A stretch of DNA of 24,000 nucleotides from Curtobacterium sp. MCJR17_020 (GCF_003234365.2 NZ_CP126260.1:2829172-2853171); one strand, 5' to 3'. Counted from the stretch's first letter, positions 1 to 8,482 are shown. The notes: a model not told the origin generated them from the sequence alone. Numbers and translations are program-made.

Positions 1-2
1 TC

Positions 3-905
3 GGCTGGATCATCGCCGCCGTCATCGTCGTCGTGGCGATCGTCGTCGCCGTCATCGTCGGAGTCGTGCGCTCCGGGGGCGACAACGGTGGCGCTGCCGC
101 CGGTGACGCTGCGCCGAAGACCGTCACCATCGGTGTCTCGGACAAGTCGCTGCCCTACTGGAACACGTACGTGAAGGCCGCCAAGGAGCAGCTCAACGTC
201 ACCGTGAAGCTCCAGAACTTCTCGGACTACTCGCTGCCGAACCCTGCGCTCAAGGACAAGCAGATCGACATCAACCAGTTCCAGCACATCCAGTACCTGG
301 CGAACTACAACGTCACCTCGGACGACGACCTGCAGCCGATCGGCGCGACGGCCGTCTACCCGCTGCCGCTGTACTCGACGAAGGTCTCCGACGTCGCGGA
401 CTTCGAGGACGGCGCGAAGGTCGCGATCCCGAACGACGCCATCAACGAGGCCCGTGCGCTCCTGGTCCTGCAGGCCGCTGACCTGCTCGAGCTCAAGGAC
501 GGCGGCAACGCCTTCTCGACCACGGCCGACATCACCTCGCACAAGGTCGACGTGCAGACGCTCGACGCCTCGCAGACCGCGAACGCCCTGCAGCAGGGCT
601 CCGTCGAGGGCGCGATCGTCAACGTGAACTACGCCACCTCGGCCGGGCTCGACACCAAGGACGCGATCTTCCAGGACGACCCGAAGAGCGCCTCCGCCGC
701 CCCGTACGTGAACGTCTTCGCCGTCCGCGACGCCGACAAGACCAACAAGACGTACCTCGACCTTGCGAAGCTGTTCCAGGACGACGCCGTGCAGAAGGTC
801 TTCGCGAAGGACTACCCGGACGCCGTCCCGAGCGACGAGAGCGCCGCCTCGCTGCAGAAGGAGCTCACCACGGTCGAGTCCGACGCGAAGGCGGCAGCGG
901 AGTAG
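3..905 (+). CDS. metQ: MetQ/NlpA-family methionine ABC transporter substrate-binding protein (5' end outside window)
   Basis: The frame is open from the window edge. The visible N-terminus is a hydrophobic helix (GWIIAAVIVVVAIVVAVIVGVV) followed by an SBP body (TVTIGVSD, NQFQHIQYL, AIPNDAINEARAL, PYVNVFAVR). Stop TAG 903-905 overlaps the metN GTG by 1 nt, and metN-metI follow. Confidence 0.85.
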   Translation, partial: GWIIAAVIVVVAIVVAVIVGVVRSGGDNGGAAAGDAAPKTVTIGVSDKSLPYWNTYVKAAKEQLNVTVKLQNFSDYSLPNPALKDKQIDINQFQHIQYLANYNVTSDDDLQPIGATAVYPLPLYSTKVSDVADFEDGAKVAIPNDAINEARALLVLQAADLLELKDGGNAFSTTADITSHKVDVQTLDASQTANALQQGSVEGAIVNVNYATSAGLDTKDAIFQDDPKSASAAPYVNVFAVRDADKTNKTYLDLAKLFQDDAVQKVFAKDYPDAVPSDESAASLQKELTTVESDAKAAAE

Positions 906-1945
906 TGCCGGTCCTCGTCGAACTCCGCGGCGTCTCGAAGCACTACCGCCGCGCCGACACCGGCGAGACCGTGGTGGCCGTCGAGGACGTCTCCCTGGAC
1001 GTGCACCAGGGAGAGGTCCTCGGCGTCATCGGGTACTCCGGTGCCGGCAAGTCCACCCTCGTCCGTCTGGTGAACGCCCTCGAGCTGCCCAGCTCCGGGA
1101 CGGTCACCGTGGCGGGCAAGGAACTGACGGCGATCCCCGAGCGGGATCGCCGTCTGGCGCGTCGCAACATCGGGATGATCTTCCAGCAGTTCAACCTGTT
1201 CCGGTCCCGCACCATCGCCGGCAACGTCGCGTACCCGCTCAAGGTCGCCGGTGTGCCGAAGGACGAGCGGGACCGTCGCGTGGCCGAGCTGCTCGACTTC
1301 GTCGGGCTCCTCGAGCGCGCCCACGCCTACCCGGAGCAGCTGTCCGGCGGTCAGAAGCAGCGTGTCGGCATCGCGCGGGCACTCGCGGCGTCGCCCGACC
1401 TCCTGCTCGCCGACGAGGCCACCAGCGCCCTCGACCCGGAGACCACGTCCGAGGTGCTCGGGCTGCTCCGCCGGGTGAACAAGGAACTCGGCGTCACGAT
1501 CATCGTCATCACGCACGAGATGGACGCCGTCCGGCAGATCGCCGACCGCGTCGCCGTGATGGAGCAGGGGCGCGTCGTCGAGGTCGGGGACGTCTACGAC
1601 GTGTTCTCCGCACCGAAGACGGGTGCTGCGCAGCGGTTCGTCCGCACCGCGCTGCACGACCGCCCCTCGGTCGACACGCTCGCTCGCCTGCGCGAGCGTC
1701 ACCCCGGTCGCCTGGTGACCGTGCAGATCACCGACGAGGCCGGGCTGCAGAACCGGATCGACGCCGCGTTCCGGTCCGCAGGGGTCACCGCCGAGCTCGT
1801 CTACGGCGGGGTCGGCGAGATCCGCGAGCGCCGGATCGGTTCGCTCACGTACGAGCTGACGGCCGACGGCTCCGCCGCCATCGACCGCGCCGTCGCCGCA
1901 CTGCGTGCCGACGGCGTCACGACCGACGAGGAGGCAGCAGCGTGA
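905..1945 (+). CDS. metN: Methionine ABC transporter ATP-binding protein
   Basis: Walker A GYSGAGKST, ABC signature LSGGQKQRVGIARAL, Walker B LLLADEATSALD, and a C-terminal NIL/ACT-like domain typical of MetN. The GTG start overlaps the metQ stop, and the TGA stop overlaps the metI GTG (GTGA). Confidence 0.93.
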   Translation: MPVLVELRGVSKHYRRADTGETVVAVEDVSLDVHQGEVLGVIGYSGAGKSTLVRLVNALELPSSGTVTVAGKELTAIPERDRRLARRNIGMIFQQFNLFRSRTIAGNVAYPLKVAGVPKDERDRRVAELLDFVGLLERAHAYPEQLSGGQKQRVGIARALAASPDLLLADEATSALDPETTSEVLGLLRRVNKELGVTIIVITHEMDAVRQIADRVAVMEQGRVVEVGDVYDVFSAPKTGAAQRFVRTALHDRPSVDTLARLRERHPGRLVTVQITDEAGLQNRIDAAFRSAGVTAELVYGGVGEIRERRIGSLTYELTADGSAAIDRAVAALRADGVTTDEEAAA

Positions 1946-2613
1946 ACAACTCGTTCCAGAGCGTGATCGACACGTTCGACGTCTTCCTCGCCGCCATGCG
2001 CGACACCATCGTGATGTCGCTCGTGTCGCTCGTCATCGCCGGCGTCATCGGGCTCGCCCTCGGGCTGCTGCTCTACGCGACCCGGCCCGGCAACCTGCTC
2101 GGCAACCGCACCGCGTACACGATCATCAACGTCGTCGTGAACCTGGTCCGGCCGATCCCGTTCGTGATCTTCCTCGCCGCGATCGCGCCGCTGTCGCGCG
2201 TCGTGGTGCAGACCACGATCGGCGTGCCCGCGGTGACCTTCGCGATCTCGCTGGCAGCGGCCTTCGCCGTGTCGCGCATCGTCGAGCAGAACCTGCTCGC
2301 GGTCGACCCCGGCGTCGTCGAGGCGGCTCGCGCGTCGGGCGCTCACCCGATCTCGATCCTGCTGACCGTCCTGATCCCCGAGGGCCTCGGGCCGCTCATC
2401 CTCGGCTACACGTTCATCTACATCGGCATCGTCGACATGACGGCGCAGGGTGCGTTGATCGGTGGCGGTGGACTCGGCGAGTACGCGATCACCTACGGAT
2501 CGCAGCGGTACGACTGGTGGATCGTCTACGTGTCGGTGGCGGCGATCGTCGTCATCGTGCAGCTCGGCCAGTTCGTCGGCAACCGGCTGGCGCGCGCGAC
2601 CCTGCGTCGCTGA
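1942..2613 (+). CDS. metI: Methionine ABC transporter permease
   Basis: This is the C-terminal 224 codons of track ORF 763..2613. It is a hydrophobic multi-TM protein starting VNNSFQSVIDTFDVF at GTG 1942 (GTGA overlap with metN). The Arg/Pro-rich upstream part of the ORF is an out-of-frame read-through of metN, not coding. Confidence 0.9.
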   Translation: MNNSFQSVIDTFDVFLAAMRDTIVMSLVSLVIAGVIGLALGLLLYATRPGNLLGNRTAYTIINVVVNLVRPIPFVIFLAAIAPLSRVVVQTTIGVPAVTFAISLAAAFAVSRIVEQNLLAVDPGVVEAARASGAHPISILLTVLIPEGLGPLILGYTFIYIGIVDMTAQGALIGGGGLGEYAITYGSQRYDWWIVYVSVAAIVVIVQLGQFVGNRLARATLRR

Positions 2614-2618
2614 CGCGG

Positions 2619-2638
2619 ACACGCCGCTCGCGGCGTGT
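2619..2638 (+). terminator. Short GC hairpin immediately after the metI stop
   Basis: acacgccg-ctcg-cggcgtgt: 8-bp stem with a 4-nt loop, 6 nt after the stop at 2611-2613. No U-tract, as is common in actinobacteria. Confidence 0.4.
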
Positions 2639-2673
2639 GCTGCGATCTCCGCACGTGCCGTGGACGTGACTGC

Positions 2674-2718
2674 CTGGAGGCCCGGTGCCGGTTCCTGGAA
2701 CCGGCACCGGGCCTCCAG
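2674..2718. terminator. Perfect 22-nt inverted repeat, a likely bidirectional terminator between convergent metI and the EEP gene
   Basis: ctggaggcccggtgccggttcc (2674-2695), t, ggaaccggcaccgggcctccag (2697-2718). The arms are exact reverse complements. Confidence 0.55.
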
Positions 2719-2760
2719 TGCGTTGCCGCGTTGCGGGCGCGCCCCGCGTCGTCCGCCGAG

Positions 2761-2886
2761 CGGTCACGGGCTTCCACGTCGCGCCGCTCACGTCCGCCGA
2801 GGTTCCACGACTCGCCGCACGCGTTCCGCCGAGGTTCCACGAACGCCCACTGCGAGCGCCGAGATGCCGAGACTTCGGAACCTCGG
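2761..2886. repeat. Degenerate ~32-nt tandem repeat (3 units) plus an inverted partial copy, core CCGAGGTTCC
   Basis: An identical 18-mer tccgccgaggttccacga occurs at 2793-2810 and 2825-2842 (period 32). An upstream degenerate unit carries cttccacg. The inverted core ggaacctcgg at 2877-2886 can pair with 2830-2839. Confidence 0.6.
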
Positions 2887-2923
2887 GGACGCGCCGGGCG
2901 GGCAGGAGCGGGCGGGGCGCGCG

Positions 2924-3700
2924 TCAGGCGGCCGGGGACTCCACGGTCTCGATCGTGCCGGTCGCTCCGGGGTGCTCGTAGTGCGCGCGCACCAGGATCG
3001 GACGGTGGTCGGAGATGCCCGCCGGCAGGGTCTCGACGCCGGCGATGTGCAGCCCGACGCTCGTCGCGAAGTCGAAGTGGCCCGTGAACTTGCGGTAGCG
3101 CAGGTACGTCGGCTGGTCGGACAGCGACAGTGCGAACCCGCCCTGCTCGATCTTGCGACGCAGGTTCGTCTGGAACCAGGGGTAGTTGAAGTCGCCGACC
3201 ATGACCGCGGGGACGTCCTTCGCGAGCTCGCGGAGGAACTGGTGCGCCGCCTCGATCTGCTTGCGGCGCAGGGAGTTCGTCGCGGTCAGCGGTGAGGCGT
3301 GGAACGAGGCGACGACGACCTCGGCGTCGGCCTCGGTGTCGCGCAGGTGCATCGCGATGAGCCGTTCGTGCGCGGGTGCGAGGACCCGGTCGTGCAGGGA
3401 CTTCTGCAGCGAGTGGATGCTGAAGTCCTGCACCTCGAAGCGGTCGTCGCGCTTGTAGATCGCGAGTCCGAGGCGGTTCGTGCGGGTCGACGCGGCGAGC
3501 GAGAGCCCACCGATCGACGGGGCCAGGTCGTTGCTGTCGCACTCCTGCACGCAGAGGACGTCGGCGTCGGAAGCCTCGGCCAGGGCGGCGAGTTCACCGT
3601 TCGCGGTGTGCTCGCGGAGGTTGTAGCTGACGACCCGGAGGGCAGTGGGCGGCACGCCTGCGTCGGTGGCGATCGTGCTCTGCTGTTCTGGCGCGGCCAT
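2924..3700 (-). CDS. Endonuclease/exonuclease/phosphatase (EEP) family protein
   Basis: 258 aa. LRVVSYNLRE near the N-terminus, VLCVQE, VMVGDFNYPW and SDHRPILV are the canonical EEP catalytic blocks. The SD-like aggaagg sits upstream of the ATG. Confidence 0.85.
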   Translation of the reverse strand: MAAPEQQSTIATDAGVPPTALRVVSYNLREHTANGELAALAEASDADVLCVQECDSNDLAPSIGGLSLAASTRTNRLGLAIYKRDDRFEVQDFSIHSLQKSLHDRVLAPAHERLIAMHLRDTEADAEVVVASFHASPLTATNSLRRKQIEAAHQFLRELAKDVPAVMVGDFNYPWFQTNLRRKIEQGGFALSLSDQPTYLRYRKFTGHFDFATSVGLHIAGVETLPAGISDHRPILVRAHYEHPGATGTIETVESPAA

Positions 3701-3864
3701 GCTGCCTTCCTGTCCGGGTGGTCCGGGTCACCCTGCCGCGGCAACCGTACTCGGCGTTCGCAAACGGATGCTGAGACTGTAACGCCTGTCGGGTTTCGCG
3801 CGTGTGACCGTGACGGAAACGGACAGTCGTGGGCTGCGCTCAGGGCCGCGTGGAACCGCGCGGG

Positions 3865-5274
3865 TCAGGCGCGGACCCGGCGGGCGGGGCGGACGGTGTC
3901 CCCCGCTGTGCGGCTCATCAGGATGCCCTCCACGCACGCGACGGCGAGCAGCGCCGCGATCACCCAGAACGCGACGGAGTACGGGCCGTCGCCACCGAGC
4001 CCGCCGGCCGCGCGGATCACGACCGCGGCGACGGCGACACCGAACCCGGCGGCGGTCTGCTGCAGCGTCGACGAGAGCGTGTTCGCCGGGGTCATGTCGG
4101 CCTGCTCGACGTCGGCGAAGGCGATGGTGTTGTACGCCGTGAAGCCGACGGAGCGGGCGGCGCCGCTGACGACGAGCAGGACCGCGAGCAGCCAGAACGG
4201 CGTGTCCTCGGTCATGAACGCCATCGCGACGACGGTCAGCGCCGCGATCGCACTCGACACGATGATCACCGGGCGGTAGCCGAACCAGCGCAGGAACGGC
4301 GTCGTCATCGGCTTGATGCCGAGGTTGCCGACGAAGACCCACAGCACGGCGGACCCGGCGAGCACGGCGCTCCAGCCCCAGGCGTCCTGGAACAGCAGCG
4401 GGAGCACGAACGGCACCGCGGAGACCGCCAGTCGGAACAGGCTGCCGCCGGCGTGCGACACCCGGAACGTCTCGAGGCGGAACGCCTCGAGCCCCATGAT
4501 CGGGTGCGGCGCCCGGCGGAAGTGCCGGATCGCGAACCAGCAGCAGACGGCACCGACGACACCGGACACCACGACGGCCAGGACCGGGATGACGTCGAGC
4601 GCGAGCAGCGACGCCATCACGACGAGCGACCCGAGGCCGAAGCACGCGAGCAGCGATCCGAACCAGTCGAACGGCACGCGCTGCGCGGCGCGCTCCTGCG
4701 GGACGAGCACGAGCGCGGCGACGAACGCGATGACGCCGAGCGGGATGTTGATCAGGAAGATCCAGTGCCACGTCAGGGTGTCGACGAGCACGCCGCCGAT
4801 GAACGGGGCGATGATCGGCGCGGCCAGGGCTGGCCAGGTGAGGATCGCGATGGCCGTGACGAGCTGCTCGCGGCCGGCGCTCCGGAGCACCACGAACCGG
4901 CCGACGGGCACCATGAGCGCACCGCCGAGCCCCTGCAGGATGCGCCAGAGCGTCAGGTCGACGAGGCCGGTCGACATCGCGCAGAGTGCCGACGCGATCG
5001 TGAAGAGCGCGATCGCGCCCGCGAAGACGGTGCGGGACCCGATCCGGTCGGTGAGCCAGCCCGAGACGGGGATGAACACCGCCAGGGTGACCAGGTACGC
5101 GGTGATCGCGACGCCGACGGCGGCCGAGTCGACACCGAGGTCACGCCCCATCGCGGGGGCCGCGGTCGCCAGGATCGTGCCGTCGAGGAGCTCCATGAAG
5201 AAGGTCCCCGCCACGAGCACGGCGACCGCCGTGCTGCCCGTCCGCCGTCTGGGTGTCGTCATCGTCGTCGCCAT
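3865..5274 (-). CDS. MFS transporter (DHA2/EmrB-like N-terminal motif)
   Basis: 469 aa and highly hydrophobic. FMELLDGTILATAAPAMGRDLG and PVSGWLTDRIGSR are MFS motifs. It is divergent from the deaminase operon. Confidence 0.88.
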   Translation of the reverse strand: MATTMTTPRRRTGSTAVAVLVAGTFFMELLDGTILATAAPAMGRDLGVDSAAVGVAITAYLVTLAVFIPVSGWLTDRIGSRTVFAGAIALFTIASALCAMSTGLVDLTLWRILQGLGGALMVPVGRFVVLRSAGREQLVTAIAILTWPALAAPIIAPFIGGVLVDTLTWHWIFLINIPLGVIAFVAALVLVPQERAAQRVPFDWFGSLLACFGLGSLVVMASLLALDVIPVLAVVVSGVVGAVCCWFAIRHFRRAPHPIMGLEAFRLETFRVSHAGGSLFRLAVSAVPFVLPLLFQDAWGWSAVLAGSAVLWVFVGNLGIKPMTTPFLRWFGYRPVIIVSSAIAALTVVAMAFMTEDTPFWLLAVLLVVSGAARSVGFTAYNTIAFADVEQADMTPANTLSSTLQQTAAGFGVAVAAVVIRAAGGLGGDGPYSVAFWVIAALLAVACVEGILMSRTAGDTVRPARRVRA

Positions 5275-5341
5275 GTCGCGTCAAAGGCTATGCCCGGTGC
5301 CGGGTCGCGGGGGGATCGTGTCGGGAGGTTCCGCGATCGTG

Positions 5342-5356
5342 TTTTGCATTGCAGAA
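5342..5356. promoter_or_regulatory. Candidate operator, site 1: 15-bp near-palindrome TTTTGCATTGCAGAA
   Basis: An AT-rich island in GC-rich DNA. 12 of 14 non-central positions are self-complementary, and 13/15 are identical to site 2 at 11379-11393. It lies about 70-80 nt upstream of both divergent starts (5274 and 5434). Confidence 0.5.
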
Positions 5357-5433
5357 TGATGCGCACCAGCGCGTTGCCCTGCGGGTCCGCCGAGCGGGAG
5401 CGTGGAGGCTGCGCGACGACAGGAGGCTCACCG

Positions 5434-6654
5434 ATGACCGACGCCGACACGACGACCGGGACCGTGACCACGAAGGGCGCCTGGGACCCGGCAGCGGGCA
5501 CTCCGCACCACGTCCTCGACCACGCCCACCTGCCCGTGATGACCCTGCGCGAGTCCGCCCTGGCGAACAACACCGCCGTCATGCAGGCCTACGTCGACCG
5601 CCACGGGCTGCTGTTCGCGCCGCACATGAAGACGCACATGGCGCCCGACCTCGCCGCGCGGCAGATCGACGCCGGAGCGTGGGGCGTGACGGTCGCGTCC
5701 GTGCAGCAGGCGATGGTCGCGTGGGAGCACGGGGTGCACCGGATCCTGGTCGCGAACGAGGTCCTCGACCCCGCCGGCCTCGCCTGGCTCGCGTCCCGGC
5801 GCACGGTCGACCCGGACGCCGACGTCCTCTGCTACGTCGACTCCGCCGCGGGCGTCACCGCCGCCGTCGCCGCGCAGGGCACCGTGGCCGGCGAGCTGCA
5901 CGTCCTGGTCGAACTCGGGTTCCCGGGCGGGCGCACCGGGGTCCGCTCCCCCGACGACGCGCGTGCACTCGCGCTGCTCGCCCACGACGCCGGGCTCGTG
6001 CTCCGCGGTGTCTCCGGGTACGAGGGCGGGCTGCCCGGCGTCGACGCTGCCCGCGAGTACGTCGCCGGTGTGCTCGACGTCGCCGAGGACGTCCGCGGGC
6101 TCGTCGACGGTCGCGGGCTCCTCAGCATGGGCGGCAGCGCCTGGTTCGACGCCGTCGTGGACGCCGTGGCGCGACGCACCGACGACCTCGACGTGCTGCT
6201 GCGGTCGGGTGCGTACCTGACCCACGACGACGGCTTCTACGCCGAGCGCACGCCCTTCGGCCGACACCCGGCCGAGGGCTCGCTCGTCGCCGCGATCGAG
6301 GTCTGGGGACGCGTGACGTCCTGCCCGGAGCCCGGGCTCGCGTTCGTCGCCGTGGGCAAGCGCGACATCTCCTTCGACGAAGGGCTGCCGGTGGTGCGGT
6401 CGGTGCGGCCGGCCCTGCCAGCAGGCCCGTCGGGCGCCACACAGGTCGTCCCACCGCCCGGGGCGGTCACCGTCACCCGCCTCGACGACCAGCACTGCTA
6501 CCTCGCGCTGGCGGACGGCGCCCCCGAGCTGACGCCCGGCGACGTCGTCGTGTTCGGCATCTCGCACCCCTGCACGGTGTTCGACAAGTGGCGGCAGGTG
6601 CACGTCCTGGCCGACGACGACACCGCGCTCCGGACGATCGCGACGTGGTTCTGA
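5434..6654 (+). CDS. Fold-type III PLP enzyme, D-serine dehydratase-like / putative amino (sugar) acid ammonia-lyase
   Basis: 407 aa from ATG 5434, preceded by aggagg at 5421-5426. The PLP-lysine motif APHMKTHM has its Lys codon at 5629-5631. A C-terminal GISHPCTVFDKW provides a His-x-Cys pair as in DSD1-type D-serine dehydratases. The upstream part of track ORF 3829..6654 is antisense to the MFS gene and not coding. Confidence 0.8.
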   Translation: MTDADTTTGTVTTKGAWDPAAGTPHHVLDHAHLPVMTLRESALANNTAVMQAYVDRHGLLFAPHMKTHMAPDLAARQIDAGAWGVTVASVQQAMVAWEHGVHRILVANEVLDPAGLAWLASRRTVDPDADVLCYVDSAAGVTAAVAAQGTVAGELHVLVELGFPGGRTGVRSPDDARALALLAHDAGLVLRGVSGYEGGLPGVDAAREYVAGVLDVAEDVRGLVDGRGLLSMGGSAWFDAVVDAVARRTDDLDVLLRSGAYLTHDDGFYAERTPFGRHPAEGSLVAAIEVWGRVTSCPEPGLAFVAVGKRDISFDEGLPVVRSVRPALPAGPSGATQVVPPPGAVTVTRLDDQHCYLALADGAPELTPGDVVVFGISHPCTVFDKWRQVHVLADDDTALRTIATWF

Positions 6655-7508
6655 TGCGCGCGACCACCGCGACCACCGCGGCCCCGGTGCCGACGGACGG
6701 CGACGGTCCTGCCCGGAACGCCGCACTGTCCCTGCGTCGCGGGCTCCGCCTGCTCGACTGCATCGCCGACCGGACCCGCAGCGGCGCGGTGTCCGTCAGC
6801 CTGTCCGTGCTGGCCGCCGAGCTCGGCACCTCGAAGTCGACGGTGCTCCGCCTGACGGCCCCGATGCTCGAGAACGACCTGCTGCGCCGCACCCCGGACG
6901 CCGGGTTCACGCTCGGCCTCGGCGCCCTGCTGCTCGGGCAGAGCTACCTCGAGGGGATCGACCTGCGCTCCGCCGCCGCACCGTTCCTGCGTCGCACGGC
7001 GGAGCAGACCGGGCTGACGTGCCACCTCGTCGTGCCGGACGGCACCGACATCGTCTACGTCGACAAGGTCGAGACCCGCGGCACCGTCCGCATGGGCTCC
7101 CGGATCGGGAACCGCCTGCCGATGCGGAACACGGCGTCCGGCAAGGCGATCGTCGCGTTCGGCGAACCGGAGCTGCTCGACCGGGTGCTCGCCGAACCGG
7201 CCCAGGTCATGACGGAGCACACCATCACCGACGACGACCGCTGGCGGCACGAGGTCGACCGCACGCACGGACGGGGCTACGGCATCGACGACCGCGAGAA
7301 CGAGCCGGACATCCGGTGCGTCGCCGCCCCGGTGTTCGACCACGCGAACCAGGTGGTCGGCGCGATGAGCATCTCCGGGCTGGCCTCGCGGTTCCCCGCA
7401 GCGGCGGTCCGCGAACTCGGCGACGGCGTCGTGCGGACCGCCCACGAGATCTCCGTCGCGCTCGGGTCCTCGTCGGCGCAGCTCGCCCTCGCACGGGGTG
7501 CCCGGTGA
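6654..7508 (+). CDS. IclR-family transcriptional regulator
   Basis: 284 aa. N-terminal wHTH (LSLRRGLRLLDCIA...LSVLAAELGTSKSTVLRLT) and a C-terminal IclR effector domain (YVDKVET, VRMGSRIGNRLPMRNTASGKAIVAF, GYGIDDRENEPDIRCVAAPV). The ATG overlaps the deaminase TGA by 1 nt (TGATG). Confidence 0.9.
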   Translation: MRATTATTAAPVPTDGDGPARNAALSLRRGLRLLDCIADRTRSGAVSVSLSVLAAELGTSKSTVLRLTAPMLENDLLRRTPDAGFTLGLGALLLGQSYLEGIDLRSAAAPFLRRTAEQTGLTCHLVVPDGTDIVYVDKVETRGTVRMGSRIGNRLPMRNTASGKAIVAFGEPELLDRVLAEPAQVMTEHTITDDDRWRHEVDRTHGRGYGIDDRENEPDIRCVAAPVFDHANQVVGAMSISGLASRFPAAAVRELGDGVVRTAHEISVALGSSSAQLALARGAR

Positions 7509-8482
7509 CCGGCTCGGTGCTGACGTTCGGCGAGACGATGCTGCTCCTGACCGGGCGCGACGTCGGCGCGGTGCCGGACCTGGAGCACATGCGGGTGGAC
7601 ACCGGCGGCGCCGAGAGCAACGTCGCGATCGGCCTGGTCCGCGCCGGGGTGCCGGCCACGTGGATCGGTCGGGTCGGCACGGACCCCGCCGGCGACCGGG
7701 TCGCCGCCGACATCGGTGGCGAGGGCGTCGACGTGCTCGCGGTCCCCGACGCCGAGCGCTCCACCGGCATCATGATGAAGGAGCGGCTGCTCGACGGCCG
7801 CACCCGGGTGACCTACCACCGCCGTGGTTCGGCCGGCTCGGCGTTGGCCGCGACGGACCTTCCCGCAAGCGTCGTCGAGACCGCTGCGCTCGTGCACGTC
7901 ACCGGGATCACCCTCGCGCTCTCCGAGTCCGCACACGACACCGTGACCGCGGCGCTCGACCGGGCGGCCGCCGCCGGCGTGCCGGTGTCGTTCGACGTCA
8001 ACCACCGGCCGAAGCTCATCGGCGCCGACGCTGCACGAGACCGGTACCGGGCCGTCGCAGCACGGTCCGCCGTGGTGTTCGCCGGCGACGACGAGGCCCG
8101 GCTCGTGCTCGGCCGCGACGACCAGGACGACGACGAGGAGTCACTCGCGCACGAGCTCGCCGCGCTGGCACGGGGCCGCGCGGTCGTGAAGCTCGGCTCC
8201 CGCGGTGCCGTGGCGTCGATCGACGGCGTGTTCGTCCGTCGGCCCGCGACCCCGGTGCGCGTCGTCGACCCGGTCGGTGCCGGTGACGCGTTCGTCGCGG
8301 GCTGGCTCGCAGCGAGCCTGGGTGGAGCGGGCGCCGCCGAGGCACTCGACCGGGCCGCCGACGCCGGCGCACTCGCCTGCACCGTCGAGAGCGACTGGCG
8401 CCGTCCGGACCCAGCCGCGTTGCACCACGCCCCGGACCCGTCGGACACCGACCACACCGTGCACGACCACGTCGACCGCTGA
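7505..8482 (+). CDS. kdgK: 2-dehydro-3-deoxygluconokinase (PfkB family)
   Basis: 325 aa. VLTFGETML, GGAESNVAIGL and the PfkB signature DPVGAGDAFVAG are present. The GTG overlaps the IclR stop (GTGA). It has an unusual His/Asp/Pro-rich C-terminal tail. Confidence 0.82.
   Translation: MTGSVLTFGETMLLLTGRDVGAVPDLEHMRVDTGGAESNVAIGLVRAGVPATWIGRVGTDPAGDRVAADIGGEGVDVLAVPDAERSTGIMMKERLLDGRTRVTYHRRGSAGSALAATDLPASVVETAALVHVTGITLALSESAHDTVTAALDRAAAAGVPVSFDVNHRPKLIGADAARDRYRAVAARSAVVFAGDDEARLVLGRDDQDDDEESLAHELAALARGRAVVKLGSRGAVASIDGVFVRRPATPVRVVDPVGAGDAFVAGWLAASLGGAGAAEALDRAADAGALACTVESDWRRPDPAALHHAPDPSDTDHTVHDHVDR

Noticed and set aside
763-2613. A 616-aa ORF with a long Arg/Pro-rich N-terminal half overlapping metQ and metN
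   Set aside because: This is a high-GC read-through artefact. Only the hydrophobic C-terminal 224 codons (from GTG 1942, coupled to the metN stop) look like a real protein (MetI). The rest overlaps well-supported genes out of frame.
2761-2886. Possible CRISPR array because of repeated 18-mers at 32-nt spacing
   Set aside because: There are only two exact copies plus degenerate ones. The repeat units are contiguous with no unique spacers of CRISPR length, there are no cas genes in the window, and the repeat is too short. It is reported as a tandem or dispersed repeat instead.
3829-5433. The N-terminal 535 codons of ORF 3829..6654 and other long ORFs antisense to the MFS gene (3728..4771 -, 4313..5359 +)
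   Set aside because: Their low-complexity Arg/Asp/Gly/Pro-rich translations are typical of alternate frames in 70% GC DNA. The MFS reading frame has coherent TM helices and motifs. The deaminase has a strong SD and ATG at 5434.
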